From a virus (lineage: Duplodnaviria; Caudoviricetes): DNA of 58,207 nucleotides. The notes beneath the pieces are model-generated. The model had not been told where the DNA came from. It saw only the letters and a program-made list of their open reading frames with translations, and ran no database searches. The first letter of the stretch is position 1, and every line of letters starts with the position of its first letter. The translations under genes were made by a program, and so were the position numbers. Positions 35,325 through 45,561 of this stretch are shown here, piece by piece. The DNA lies in the IMG/VR virus record IMGVR_UViG_3300029267_000807, positions 1 through 58,207 of that record, one strand, 5' to 3'.

Positions 35325-37641
35325 TCGCGTTCAAGTTGACATCGTCGTCAAAACCGAAGGCGGAAAAATTGTCGCTGAACTGAGCGATACGATGGGCGAC
35401 GTCGGCGAACAATTTGAAAAGGTCGCGGAAAAGGGATCGAAATTCCAGTCCGCCATGGACAGCATAACGCGCGGCGTCTTTGAACGCGCGGGGCAAATGG
35501 CGACGGAATTCGTCATGCAAATCCCCAAAATGACCGCGGAACTGTTCAAGCTGGGAACGCAAAGCGAAGCGACAGCCCTTCGGTTCGAACGGTTCGCGGG
35601 CGGCGCGGACCGGGCGGAAATGTTCCTTCAGGCGTTCCAGGACGCGACGGACGGAACCGTTTCGCGCATGGCTTCCATGCAAGGCGCGTCGAAGCTGTTA
35701 CAAATGGGGCTTGTCGAAACGTCCGACGAAATGGGGACGGTTGCGGCGATCGCGACAAAGCTGGGCGATCAAACCATGTCCGCGGGCGATCGGATCGGGG
35801 ACTTTGCGGCGCTGTTGGCGAATCAGTCGATCCCCCGGCTTGACAACTTTGGAATTTCGTCGGGTCGCGTTCGCGCGCGGATCGAAGAACTTCAGGCGTC
35901 GATCGAAGGGCTGTCCCGGGAAGAAGCGTTCAAGATCGCCGTGATCGAAGAAGGGAACAAGGCCCTTCAGATCCTGGGCGATACGACGGATACAGCGGCT
36001 GTAAAAATAGACAAGCTAAAAGCCGCGACCGACGACGCGAAAGAAGGACTGGGGCTTTTGCTTCTGGGCGTCGTCGAAAATACAGGTGGGGTTGACGATC
36101 TGGCGGCGCGGATCCGGAACATTCCGACGGCGCTTCAGCAAGTCGTTATCATGGCGGGCGCGACCTATGACGGTTTGGCGGCGCTGAACAAGCTGAAGAA
36201 CCCGTTCGAAGCGTTCAATAACAGCATGAAACGCGGCGCGGCGTCCATGGTTGACTGGAACCATGAAAGCGAACTGTCCCGTTATCGTCAATATCACTTG
36301 AACGAAGCGGTCGAAGACGGCGCGAAGGAAATCCAGCGTATTTCGTATATGGCTGAAGACGCTTCCGTTTCGCATGGCGACTATGCGCGATCGACTGAAG
36401 ATATCGAAAAGGCGATCGAACGCGCGACCCCGGCGGTTGAAGCTTTCACGAAAGCCCAGGAAGAAGCGAAGGCGGAAGTCGAACGCGTAAACGCCATGAT
36501 GCAAAGACAAGCTGAAGCGGCGTTCGGGTTGGCCCAGGAATGGCATGGGTTCGAAGAGGATCGGACAAAAACAGCCGAAGACTTTGCTGAAGAACGGGAA
36601 GAAATCGAAGCCGCATATCTTGAACAGGTCGCGACCCTTCAGGAAAGGGGAAAGACAACCTATTATCGGATCGACGAAGACGCAAAGCGGCGTCAACTTG
36701 CCATAACAGAAGCCCGGATTCAGGAAGCCCTAGAACAGCAAGCGGAATTCAATGAAGAAACGTCGACCCTGGATCGGCTTCGTATGGAAGAACGGATCGC
36801 AAACCTTCAGAGTGAAGCCCATGAACAGCGGTCGATCCTAGAACGATCCTATGACGGCATGATCGCGGTCGCTGGGGAAAATACGGACAAGCTGATCGCG
36901 GAAGCCCAGCGGGATCGGGACGAATCGATCGCGGCGCTGGAAGAGAAAGCCGCGGCACAAGAAAAGATTCAGCGCGAAAACTTTGGACGCATGCTGTTGG
37001 ATACGGCGACCCGGTTCGCCGAAATGCGCGGAATCCCAGCCGAAGAAACGCTTCGCATGCAAACGGAAATCAGCAAACAATATGGGCTGATCGACGAAAA
37101 GACGGCTGACAGCGCGAATCAATGGATTACGGCGCTTGACAAATGGGCGGACGGCGCAACGGTCGATCTAGGAAAGGTCGCGGAACGGTTGGGCGGCTTT
37201 GGCGATACAATGGATACGGAAACCGAAGACTGGGAATCCCAGCTTGAAGAGTTTTCGACGAACGCGCGCGGCGAATTCCAGGACTATGAAGCTTCGATCG
37301 CGGCGGCGGTTGGAACGACGGCGTCCCTTCGGGACGCGATCAACGAACTTCAGTCGAAGGAAATCACGATCACGACCCGGATCAAACAAATAAAGGACGT
37401 CGTTTCAGAGTATTCCCCGGGCGCGACCATTCCGGACATTTCAGCCCAGCATGGATTCGCTGGCATTGTCGGACCGGGCTTTGGCGGGCCGATCCGGATT
37501 ACAGCGGGCGAAGGGAATCAGCCGGAACGGGTAACAGTTCAGCCCGTCAACAATTACACCATGAATGTATCGACCCGGGCGACGTCCCCGGCGGTTCAAC
37601 AGGACTTCCGAATTATGGAAGCTTTAGGGCGAAGGGCATAA
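35311..37641 (+). CDS. Tape measure protein
   Basis: 776 aa helical Ala/Glu-rich; LDNFGI; after chaperones. Confidence 0.88.
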   Translation: MPERNRVQVDIVVKTEGGKIVAELSDTMGDVGEQFEKVAEKGSKFQSAMDSITRGVFERAGQMATEFVMQIPKMTAELFKLGTQSEATALRFERFAGGADRAEMFLQAFQDATDGTVSRMASMQGASKLLQMGLVETSDEMGTVAAIATKLGDQTMSAGDRIGDFAALLANQSIPRLDNFGISSGRVRARIEELQASIEGLSREEAFKIAVIEEGNKALQILGDTTDTAAVKIDKLKAATDDAKEGLGLLLLGVVENTGGVDDLAARIRNIPTALQQVVIMAGATYDGLAALNKLKNPFEAFNNSMKRGAASMVDWNHESELSRYRQYHLNEAVEDGAKEIQRISYMAEDASVSHGDYARSTEDIEKAIERATPAVEAFTKAQEEAKAEVERVNAMMQRQAEAAFGLAQEWHGFEEDRTKTAEDFAEEREEIEAAYLEQVATLQERGKTTYYRIDEDAKRRQLAITEARIQEALEQQAEFNEETSTLDRLRMEERIANLQSEAHEQRSILERSYDGMIAVAGENTDKLIAEAQRDRDESIAALEEKAAAQEKIQRENFGRMLLDTATRFAEMRGIPAEETLRMQTEISKQYGLIDEKTADSANQWITALDKWADGATVDLGKVAERLGGFGDTMDTETEDWESQLEEFSTNARGEFQDYEASIAAAVGTTASLRDAINELQSKEITITTRIKQIKDVVSEYSPGATIPDISAQHGFAGIVGPGFGGPIRITAGEGNQPERVTVQPVNNYTMNVSTRATSPAVQQDFRIMEALGRRA

Positions 37642-37644
37642 AGC

Positions 37645-40152
37645 ATGGGATACTGGAAGATCGTCGTTCCCGAAGAAGGGTTCAACAAAGTTTTGTCCCC
37701 CAGCGGCGAAACGGGGAACATTCCGACATATTTCACGGCATACAACGGCGCGGTTGCGGTAAGTCGCTATTCCCTGGACGCCTTTCGTGGCTTTCAGTGT
37801 TATCAGATCAACACAAACGGCGTAAATCAGGGTGTTACGCTGAACCTGTCGACCCTTGCGAATGCCGATCACTATATTACCTTTGCGCTGAAGAATCCCC
37901 CCAGCGGAAACCCGGCGTCCCCGGGCGTTCAAGCATATATGAACGGCGCGGCACCAACATGGGAAAACCCACAACTGCTTTATACGGGCTTTGACGGCGA
38001 CTGGCATTTGTACGGGGTTCCCTATGTCGCGGCGAAAGCGAACGGCGCGGGCTTTCTGACCTTCCGGACAACTGTCGGCGGAAACATTTACTGGTATCTT
38101 GATCGGGTTCAGGTCGAACAAAAAAACTACTGGACAACGTACATGGACGGCGATCAGCCGGGTTGTGAATGGGAAGGCTTTGCCCATGCCAGTGTAACGC
38201 GGCGATCGGCGCTGTCCCGGGCTGGGGGAAGGGTCCGGGATCTGTCGGAAGTGTATCATTTCGATATCGAATCCATGGACGGCGCGGGGCTTCCCCCTAA
38301 CGAAATACGGTCCTTCGAATTCGCCCTTTCCCCAGGCGGCGACGTCCCCCAGATCCGCGATACCATGCGACCCTTTACCTTGACGGGCGTTTTGGAAGAC
38401 CCCGGGTCCTGGAACAGCCTGGAAGACGTCCGATTGATCCGAAGGGACTTGATCGAAATTCTGAAGGGCGATTCGTTCCCCCTGAACCTGGGACGTCCCC
38501 AGCCCGTTCGTTTATGGTACACTGAAGGATCGGATTATCCCCCGCGTTACATCGATCTTCATTATGAAGAAGGGCTTCGGTTGGCTGTCCATGGGACCTT
38601 CCCTTGTTCGGAAGTTCTGGCGCTTCGTTTTCTGGCTGAAGACCCCTATTTCTACGAAATAAAGGACTTTGCGCGATCGCTTTCCAGGCGCGAAACGCTG
38701 TTGAACACCCAGCTTGTCTATGGGCGGATCAAAGACGGCGAAATTTGGTCGAACCTGGGTCCCCCGAATGCCGCGGGGACCTATACGTCGATCAACGCGA
38801 TCGTCTTTGGCCCAGACGGGAAGCTTTATGTCGGCGGAAACTTTACCTTTTTTGACGCGATCCTGGGCGCTGATTACTTGTGTCGATATGATTTTCAAGC
38901 CGCAACATGGGACCTTGTCGGTCCGGCGGGTTCAGTAAATGGAATCGTCGACGCGTTGGCGGTCGGACCAAACGGGCTGATCTATATCGGCGGACAGTTC
39001 ACGAACCTGGGCGGCGCGAACGGGGACAGCTTTTCAAGCTATGACCCCGCGACAAATACTTATGCCGCGGTTGGCGACATAACAGGCGCGGGCGTTGCAA
39101 CGCTGACAACCGTAAACGATATAGACTTTGCCAGCAACGGCGACATTTGGATCGTCGGGAACTTTCTGAACGTTGGCGCGAACCCGTCCGCGGACTATAT
39201 CGCGCGATACGACTATTCTGTCGGCGGCTGGAATACCCCGTTCGGCGCGGCACCTGCGACCGCGACCATGTATGCTTGCGTTGTCGATTCCGACGACTAT
39301 GTCTGGGTTGCGGGATCCGCGGCGAACCTGGGCGGGCTGGGCGCGAACGGGAACTATATCGCGAAGATATTTCAGGGCGTCATGTATCAAGCGGTCCCGG
39401 GCGGCGCGAACAGCGTTGTAAATGCGTTGGAACTGGGGGACGATCAATCGGTTTATGCGGGCGGAAACTTCACGACGCTGGGCGGAAATACGGCATGTAA
39501 TTACATCGGGCGCATTCTGGCGGGTCAGGCGTTCGATCTGGATTCTGGAACAAACGGGCGGGTTTGGAACATTCACAAGGCCCCCGACGGTATGCTTTTT
39601 GTGTCCGGCGTCTTTTCGGCGGCGGGCGTTTTGTCTGTCGATCGGGCGGCGGCATGGAACGGGTTTACATGGGTCCATGTCCCGGTTTACCGCGGCGCGG
39701 GGACGGTCTACGAAATGACAACCGGAATTCCGGACCCGACAACTAGCGAACGTTATGATCTGTTTTTCGGCGGAACCCAGACGGGGACCGTTTACGCGGG
39801 TAGCAGAACGGCGATCACATATCCTGGGACCCAGGCGACAAGGCCCCTATTTCGTTTCTACGATCCAACAGGGAACGCGGACTTGTATCTTTTCCGGAAT
39901 GAAACGCTGGGCGCGGACCTTTACATGGACTATAGGGTCAGAAATGCCGAAGATTTCCGCGTCGATCTTCGACCCGGGAAAGTGTTAGTCTACAGCGAAT
40001 TTGCTGGAAGGAAACCCGGCGCGATCCTTCCCGGAAGCGATATCGAAGAGTTTAGAGTTATCCCCGGGGAAAACATAATCAGCATGTTTACCCCGCACTC
40101 TTCCGGGTCCCCCTTTATCAGCATGCCGATCTGCTATGGAAGTGTTGACTAA
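37645..40152 (+). CDS. Distal tail (Dit-like) protein with inserted carbohydrate-binding/beta-propeller region
   Basis: FLAEDPYF; repeated LYVGGNFT/IYIGGQFT blades; PGEN near C-terminus. Confidence 0.75.
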   Translation: MGYWKIVVPEEGFNKVLSPSGETGNIPTYFTAYNGAVAVSRYSLDAFRGFQCYQINTNGVNQGVTLNLSTLANADHYITFALKNPPSGNPASPGVQAYMNGAAPTWENPQLLYTGFDGDWHLYGVPYVAAKANGAGFLTFRTTVGGNIYWYLDRVQVEQKNYWTTYMDGDQPGCEWEGFAHASVTRRSALSRAGGRVRDLSEVYHFDIESMDGAGLPPNEIRSFEFALSPGGDVPQIRDTMRPFTLTGVLEDPGSWNSLEDVRLIRRDLIEILKGDSFPLNLGRPQPVRLWYTEGSDYPPRYIDLHYEEGLRLAVHGTFPCSEVLALRFLAEDPYFYEIKDFARSLSRRETLLNTQLVYGRIKDGEIWSNLGPPNAAGTYTSINAIVFGPDGKLYVGGNFTFFDAILGADYLCRYDFQAATWDLVGPAGSVNGIVDALAVGPNGLIYIGGQFTNLGGANGDSFSSYDPATNTYAAVGDITGAGVATLTTVNDIDFASNGDIWIVGNFLNVGANPSADYIARYDYSVGGWNTPFGAAPATATMYACVVDSDDYVWVAGSAANLGGLGANGNYIAKIFQGVMYQAVPGGANSVVNALELGDDQSVYAGGNFTTLGGNTACNYIGRILAGQAFDLDSGTNGRVWNIHKAPDGMLFVSGVFSAAGVLSVDRAAAWNGFTWVHVPVYRGAGTVYEMTTGIPDPTTSERYDLFFGGTQTGTVYAGSRTAITYPGTQATRPLFRFYDPTGNADLYLFRNETLGADLYMDYRVRNAEDFRVDLRPGKVLVYSEFAGRKPGAILPGSDIEEFRVIPGENIISMFTPHSSGSPFISMPICYGSVD

Positions 40153-41241
40153 ATGGGAATTGACGTCCGGATCTATGATGACAAGGGGACCCCGGCATAT
40201 CAGATCGGCGACTTCTTTCGGCTGGAAGCCGTCCGGGTCCTGGGGGACGTCGGCGGCTGTCGGCTGTCCATTCCGGAAGGAAAATACAAAGTCGGGGATT
40301 TTCGGCGCGACATGATGATCGCGTTCACGTATGAAGTAAGCGGTTTCGGGACAAGTTGGGTCTTTCTATTGCGCGAACTGGGACGCATTCCGGGCATGAT
40401 TCTTCTGGACGGGGACAGCCCCCTTTGTATCGCTGAAGATCGGATCGTTGCTTACCCAGCCCATACAGCCCAAACGGAAAAGACGGATCAGGCGGACGAT
40501 ATCATGCGGGCGGTCATGCGCGAAAACCTGGGCGCGTCGGCGACGTCCAGCCGCGACCGATCGTCATATCTAACGATCGGCGGCGACTTGGCGCAAGGCC
40601 CGAATGTTTCCAAAAGCTTCGCATGGCAAAGCGTTTTGACTGTTCTTCAGGACTTACGGGGACAGGCGTTGATCAAGGGAACGAAGATTTACTTTGATCT
40701 TGTCCCGGTCTTTAGCGGACAGAACGTTCGCTTTCGGTTCGACACATATCTAAATCAACCCGGCGTTGATCGGACAACGGGATCCCAGAAGCTTGTATTT
40801 TCCGAAGAACGCGGAAACCTGATCGATCCATCGGTTTGGTACACTTGGCGACAGCGTCCGACTTATGCTTATGCGTTGGGACAGGGCGAAGGGGAAGATC
40901 GAACCCAACAGGAAGCCGCGGCGACGGGCGCTTCGGACAGCGTCTGGGCGCGGGTTGAAACGTATGTCGACGCGCGCATGTCGGAAACGGACGCGGCGGT
41001 TCTGGCTGAAGCCGAACGGGAACTGGCAAGTCGGGGACCCATTGTCCGATTCGAAGGCGGCGCGGTCGATACGGACGGATCGCGTTTTGCGGTCGACTGG
41101 AACTTTGGCGATCGGGTAATTGCGGAATACAATGAAACCGAATACGAATGCCTGATCGATACGGTTCATATCGATCTTCAGGCGGGCGAACCGATCGCGG
41201 TTTCGGCAAGGCTTGTATATGAAGGGCTGATCGGATCATGA
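40153..41241 (+). CDS. Tail hub/minor tail protein (Gp37-like)
   Basis: YALGQGEGEDR, VDWNFGDRV. Confidence 0.75.
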   Translation: MGIDVRIYDDKGTPAYQIGDFFRLEAVRVLGDVGGCRLSIPEGKYKVGDFRRDMMIAFTYEVSGFGTSWVFLLRELGRIPGMILLDGDSPLCIAEDRIVAYPAHTAQTEKTDQADDIMRAVMRENLGASATSSRDRSSYLTIGGDLAQGPNVSKSFAWQSVLTVLQDLRGQALIKGTKIYFDLVPVFSGQNVRFRFDTYLNQPGVDRTTGSQKLVFSEERGNLIDPSVWYTWRQRPTYAYALGQGEGEDRTQQEAAATGASDSVWARVETYVDARMSETDAAVLAEAERELASRGPIVRFEGGAVDTDGSRFAVDWNFGDRVIAEYNETEYECLIDTVHIDLQAGEPIAVSARLVYEGLIGS

Positions 41242-42050
41242 TGGGCGAAAGGACAGCGGCGCGAATCGCGTCGATCAACAAAGACATTCAGCGCGGCGGA
41301 AAGGCTGAAATTCTCCATAGGGATCAGCATGCATGGGCGCATTCGATCAGCATGGCCCTTGCGTTCCCCGGGCTTCGCGGGCTTTGGCCCATGTCGCTTG
41401 TTTCGGCGGGCGGAATCGCGGAACCGATCGCGGGGAATGCCGGACAGCTATCCTATAACGGGAACCCACAATATGGAAACGACGGCTTTGCCCCCTATAT
41501 CGATCTGGACGGCGCGGGCGATTATCTTTCTCATATTGATTCGGTCGAATTCGACATTCGCGCGAACGAAGCCTATATGGAAAACCCCGGGTTGACGGTT
41601 GGCTGTTTCATGTACCCCGGCGATACGGCGAACTTTCAGGGCATTTTTTCAAAGTGGGGCGGCGCTGGGGGACGGTCTTATCTCCTTTATGCCGCGGGGA
41701 ACGTTGCTGGGGATCCGGTTCGATTCAATATAAGCGACGACGGGACAAATTCGGATCCAGTATCGTCGGTTAGCGGGTATTCGGCAAATACATGGCATTT
41801 CGTTTGTGCGCGGTTCGACGATTCGGACGCGGGGAATGAGCTTGCCATTTGGCTGAATGACGAAAAGACGACGGCTGGGACAGCCCGGAACAGCATTTTC
41901 AACAGTGGTTCAGCGGTTTCGGTTGGGTCGCTGGGCGCGGCGTCGTATTTTACCGGGCGGTTGTCCCTTGTCTTTCTTGTCGCGTCCGCGGTTCCAGACG
42001 CATTGATCGGCGCATTTTACCAACAGGCGCGCGCGGTTTACAGCATATAG
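41238..42050 (+). CDS. LamG-domain tail tip protein
   Basis: LDGAGDYL, NTWHFVCARF, FTGRL. Confidence 0.75.
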   Translation: MMGERTAARIASINKDIQRGGKAEILHRDQHAWAHSISMALAFPGLRGLWPMSLVSAGGIAEPIAGNAGQLSYNGNPQYGNDGFAPYIDLDGAGDYLSHIDSVEFDIRANEAYMENPGLTVGCFMYPGDTANFQGIFSKWGGAGGRSYLLYAAGNVAGDPVRFNISDDGTNSDPVSSVSGYSANTWHFVCARFDDSDAGNELAIWLNDEKTTAGTARNSIFNSGSAVSVGSLGAASYFTGRLSLVFLVASAVPDALIGAFYQQARAVYSI

Positions 42051-42062
42051 AAAGGATAGAAC

Positions 42063-43739
42063 ATGTTGTCCAGGTTTGTGAACGGCATTCACGACGAAGG
42101 CGATCCGGCGCTGTTCAACCGGACGGGCGGAACGATATTGCTTCCCCGGGCGGTTGGGCATGATCCGAACGACATGGGCGGGATCGGGGATATCAGCCCC
42201 TGGGACGGCTTGACGGTCGCGGTCCGGATTCAGCATGCATGGGGGACGCATGGCGGTTGCATAGCACCGGAACGCTTCATGGGGGACTTTGTTCGGCGCG
42301 TTGGGAATTATGCAAAGGCGTCCCCGGGCGTTCATGTCTGGATCATCGGGAACGAACCGAACGTCGACTGGGAACGTCCCGAAGGCTTCCCGATCCTTCC
42401 CCGATTCTATGCTGAAACCGTCCAGGCTTGCGCGGGCGCGATCCGGGCGAACCCAGGACATATTGACGATATCGTGATCCCGGGACCGACAGGGCCATGG
42501 AATAATCAGACGTTCTATGAAACGAACCCGCGCGGGGACTGGGTTCAGTATCTTCAGGACGTTTACCTATTTCTTCAGGAATGGGGATTCGACATTCAGG
42601 CGACGGCGATCCATACGTACACCCATGGGGCGTCCCCGCGGCTTGTTTACGTCGATCGACCGATGGATCCCCCCTTCGAAGATCGACAGTTCGAATTCAG
42701 GGCGTTCGAAGATTACGCGCGCATGTTCGTTCGGATCGGGCTGGGGGACGTCCCCATGTTGATTACGGAAACCGATCAGAACGAACCCTGGGTCGCGAAC
42801 GGTTGGATCAATGAAGCCTATACCTTTGTCGAAGCCTGGAACTTGGCTGAACGGAAGCCGACAATCGGGTCCCTGATCTTGTATCGCTGGGACCATGACA
42901 AGTTCGAAATCGTCCGGAAGCCGGACGTTATAGAAGAAATCAGAAGCGTATTTTCCAGGGGAATAACCTGGAAGAAAGGGGATCAGGAAATGCCGGAAGA
43001 ATGGAAGACGGTTTATGGAACGTCGTTCGACCCCCCTGAAGGCTGGGTTTATCAGAACGGGATCAGCGAACTAGAAGTCCCTGGGGACGGCTGGGTCGCG
43101 GAATGGTATGAAGATCCAGCCGAAGGGAAGTTCGACCGTCCAGAAATCAAGCCAAAGATCCGGGACGGTCAGACGAATCAACCGGAAGTCCGGACCGAAC
43201 CGCGGTCGCTGTCGATCGGGACGGCGTTCGCGTCCCATAGGGCATGCGTCCGGAAGCGGCTTGTCGGCGTCAAAGCCGGACAACAGATCCGGGCGTTCTG
43301 TTGGGTCATGGGCGTTTCGCATCATAACGACGGATCCATAGGCGGCGGGCTGGGACAGGTCCTGGGCGTTGTCGCGGACGGGGAAGACTTTCTTTCCGGG
43401 TCCTATGGATCATGGTATTCGTCGGACGATTCGTCATGGGCGGAACGAACCTGGGTTCAGATCCACTATGAAGGCCCAGCCCCTTCCGACAACCCATGGA
43501 TCGTCCTTCGATCGGACGCGCGCGAAGCGTATGAAGCCCAGTACAGCCATTATGACGATCTTTCGGTCGAAGTTTTGGGCGAATCCAGCCCAGGACCCGG
43601 ACCCGGTCCTTCCCCTGGGGGAACACTGTATGATCATATTGACGCTGTTCGGGCGGCGCTGGAAGAGGTCGACGATCGGCTTCGGGAACTGGAAGACTTT
43701 GTGGTTTCCGGTTCCAGGACTTGTCTTTTGGTCGAATAG
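42063..43739 (+). CDS. Putative endolysin: clan GH-A-like TIM barrel plus C-terminal CBM-like domain
   Basis: WIIGNEPN (acid/base), AIHTY, LITETD (nucleophile); lysis-cassette position. Confidence 0.65.
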   Translation: MLSRFVNGIHDEGDPALFNRTGGTILLPRAVGHDPNDMGGIGDISPWDGLTVAVRIQHAWGTHGGCIAPERFMGDFVRRVGNYAKASPGVHVWIIGNEPNVDWERPEGFPILPRFYAETVQACAGAIRANPGHIDDIVIPGPTGPWNNQTFYETNPRGDWVQYLQDVYLFLQEWGFDIQATAIHTYTHGASPRLVYVDRPMDPPFEDRQFEFRAFEDYARMFVRIGLGDVPMLITETDQNEPWVANGWINEAYTFVEAWNLAERKPTIGSLILYRWDHDKFEIVRKPDVIEEIRSVFSRGITWKKGDQEMPEEWKTVYGTSFDPPEGWVYQNGISELEVPGDGWVAEWYEDPAEGKFDRPEIKPKIRDGQTNQPEVRTEPRSLSIGTAFASHRACVRKRLVGVKAGQQIRAFCWVMGVSHHNDGSIGGGLGQVLGVVADGEDFLSGSYGSWYSSDDSSWAERTWVQIHYEGPAPSDNPWIVLRSDAREAYEAQYSHYDDLSVEVLGESSPGPGPGPSPGGTLYDHIDAVRAALEEVDDRLRELEDFVVSGSRTCLLVE

Positions 43740-43747
43740 GGGATACT

Positions 43748-44101
43748 ATGGGGATCACAAACCAACAGATCGCCGAAAGCGTTCAGGACGCCATTCGTCA
43801 AATGGGGGAAACTGTCGATCACGCCATGACTGAAATCGCAAAGATCGCGCAAGCGTTCAGCGAAGCCCAGGATCGACGGGCTGAAATATATGAACGAACC
43901 ATGGCGAAGCTTTCGGCTGAAAACCGCGCGGACCATGAAGAGTTCAGGAAGGCGATCGCGGAAATGTCGGTTTGTGTTCAACTGCTTCAGGCGAATCAGG
44001 CGCGGCATGATGACAACTGGAAGCGGGCATGGGCGATCTTGCTGGCTGTCATCATTATTCCGGTTGGCGCGGCGATTGTTTCTTTGGTCCTTCATGTATG
44101 A
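43748..44101 (+). CDS. Coiled-coil protein with C-terminal TM (lysis accessory)
   Basis: Coiled coil then AWAILLAVIIIPVGAAIVSLVL. Confidence 0.7.
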   Translation: MGITNQQIAESVQDAIRQMGETVDHAMTEIAKIAQAFSEAQDRRAEIYERTMAKLSAENRADHEEFRKAIAEMSVCVQLLQANQARHDDNWKRAWAILLAVIIIPVGAAIVSLVLHV

Positions 44102-44120
44102 AGGGAAAGGGGAATTTGGT

Positions 44121-44432
44121 ATGTTGGAAATGATGATCGGACCCGTTCAGGTAGTTTTGTTGGTCCTGGGCATTGTCGAAGCCGCGAAGCGGTTCGGCGT
44201 GAATGGGAAGGCGTCGGAAGCCTTGGCGCTGGGGATCGGCGTTGTCCTGTTCGGGGTTGCGTCCGCGATCGAAGCGGGCTTGATCCCGGACGCGGCGGTT
44301 ATGTATATCATAATCGCGGCGCGCGCGATCGCGGGCGCTTTGGCGGCGACGGGCTATTACGACTTGGGAAAGAAGATTCTTCGACAGGCGGCGGTTTCGA
44401 TCGCGGGCGTTCCGCGGGTCATGCGGAAGTAA
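44121..44432 (+). CDS. Holin
   Basis: Three hydrophobic segments; LAATGYYDLGK; last gene of the arm. Confidence 0.75.
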   Translation: MLEMMIGPVQVVLLVLGIVEAAKRFGVNGKASEALALGIGVVLFGVASAIEAGLIPDAAVMYIIIAARAIAGALAATGYYDLGKKILRQAAVSIAGVPRVMRK

Positions 44433-44451
44433 AGACAATTCAGGGGGATCG

Positions 44452-44485
44452 AAGACGGGGACCCGGCAACGGATCCCCGTCTTTC
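44452..44485. terminator. Terminator at the strand convergence
   Basis: aagacgggga...tccccgtctttc. Confidence 0.7.
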
Positions 44486-44497
44486 GCGTTCTGGGCG

Positions 44498-44743
44498 CTA
44501 TATCGCTGGACCGCGAAGGTTGTACGGGAATTCCTGATTATAGCGCGCGCGGCGGTCCTGAAAGCTGATCGCGACGTCGGCGGACAGTTCGAACATGGTT
44601 TCTTCGTCGATCGGGTCCCGGACCCCGAATTCGATCAAGGCGTCTTCGGCAAGCTGGGTTGCGTTGACAAGATCGGTCTTCGGGTCGACGAATTCTTCGA
44701 CAACTTCGCGCATGTAGGCGCGGACTTCGGTTTTGTTCAGCAT
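44498..44743 (-). CDS. Hypothetical early protein
   Basis: MLNKTEVRAY...; RBS. Confidence 0.65.
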   Translation of the reverse strand: MLNKTEVRAYMREVVEEFVDPKTDLVNATQLAEDALIEFGVRDPIDEETMFELSADVAISFQDRRARYNQEFPYNLRGPAI

Positions 44744-44757
44744 CTTGTTTGCCCCTT

Positions 44758-45039
44758 TCAGGCGATCGGAACGTATTCGCGGCGAATCCAACCCGCGGCG
44801 TTCTGGGCTTCGACCCGGAACCCCTTCGGGGATTCTACAAAGGACAGGTCCCGGGCGACCCCTTCGTCTTCCCATTCCTGGATCTTTCCCATGCATTCCC
44901 GACAAAGCGTTTCATGGTGCAAGCCCATGGACGTTGTGAAGGTTGCTTCGAATCTGGCGACCCGGTTACAACGCTTCCCGTTTCTGTACTCCATACAAAG
45001 GGCTTTCCCGGCTTTGTTCGTCAGCGTTTGGCGCGGCAT
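44758..45039 (-). CDS. Zn-binding hypothetical protein
   Basis: C...C...CREC; hairpin+RBS. Confidence 0.65.
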   Translation of the reverse strand: MPRQTLTNKAGKALCMEYRNGKRCNRVARFEATFTTSMGLHHETLCRECMGKIQEWEDEGVARDLSFVESPKGFRVEAQNAAGWIRREYVPIA

Positions 45040-45085
45040 GTTCTGTCCCCTTCTAGGGGGACCCTTTCGGGTCCCCCTTCGATTC

Positions 45086-45409
45086 CTAGTCCATTTCCCG
45101 GCGAAGAATGTCCAGGTAATACCTATACGCGACTTGATCGACTGGGCTTCGCGGGTTCGAAAGCCCGGTCAGCATCTTGACCCGAATCAGTTCTGAGCGG
45201 CTTTGGGGGACCTTGATTCCGGCTTCGTCGAACCCCCAGGTTGTGACCTTCAGCCAGTCTTTCCCGTCCCGTTCCAAGTCCAGGGTGAAAACCTGTTCCG
45301 CGTTCCAGCCGTCCGGAACTTTGCCCATGTCCCGGCGATATGACCGGGCGCTTTTGCTTCTGATAAGGTGGTTTGTGGCTTCTTTTGTCGCTTGCTTCAG
45401 GGTCTTCAT
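45086..45409 (-). CDS. Hypothetical early protein
   Basis: First gene after cassette E. Confidence 0.7.
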   Translation of the reverse strand: MKTLKQATKEATNHLIRSKSARSYRRDMGKVPDGWNAEQVFTLDLERDGKDWLKVTTWGFDEAGIKVPQSRSELIRVKMLTGLSNPRSPVDQVAYRYYLDILRREMD

Positions 45410-45448
45410 TTCGTTTCCCTTTCTGTCTGTATCCCCCCGGACAGCTAT

Positions 45449-45533
45449 AGTATAGCATAGTTCTAGAATCTTGTCAAGGGGGATTCACGACGAATTCACG
45501 TAAAAAGGGGACGAATTCGGAAATTCGTCCCCT
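45449..45533 (-). promoter_or_regulatory. Repeated terminator+promoter cassette E
   Basis: GGGGACGAATT hairpin+T5, CGTGAA repeats, TTGACA-N17-TATACT. Confidence 0.9.
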
Positions 45534-45561
45534 ATTCGAACCCGGGTTAGACTATTTTCGT

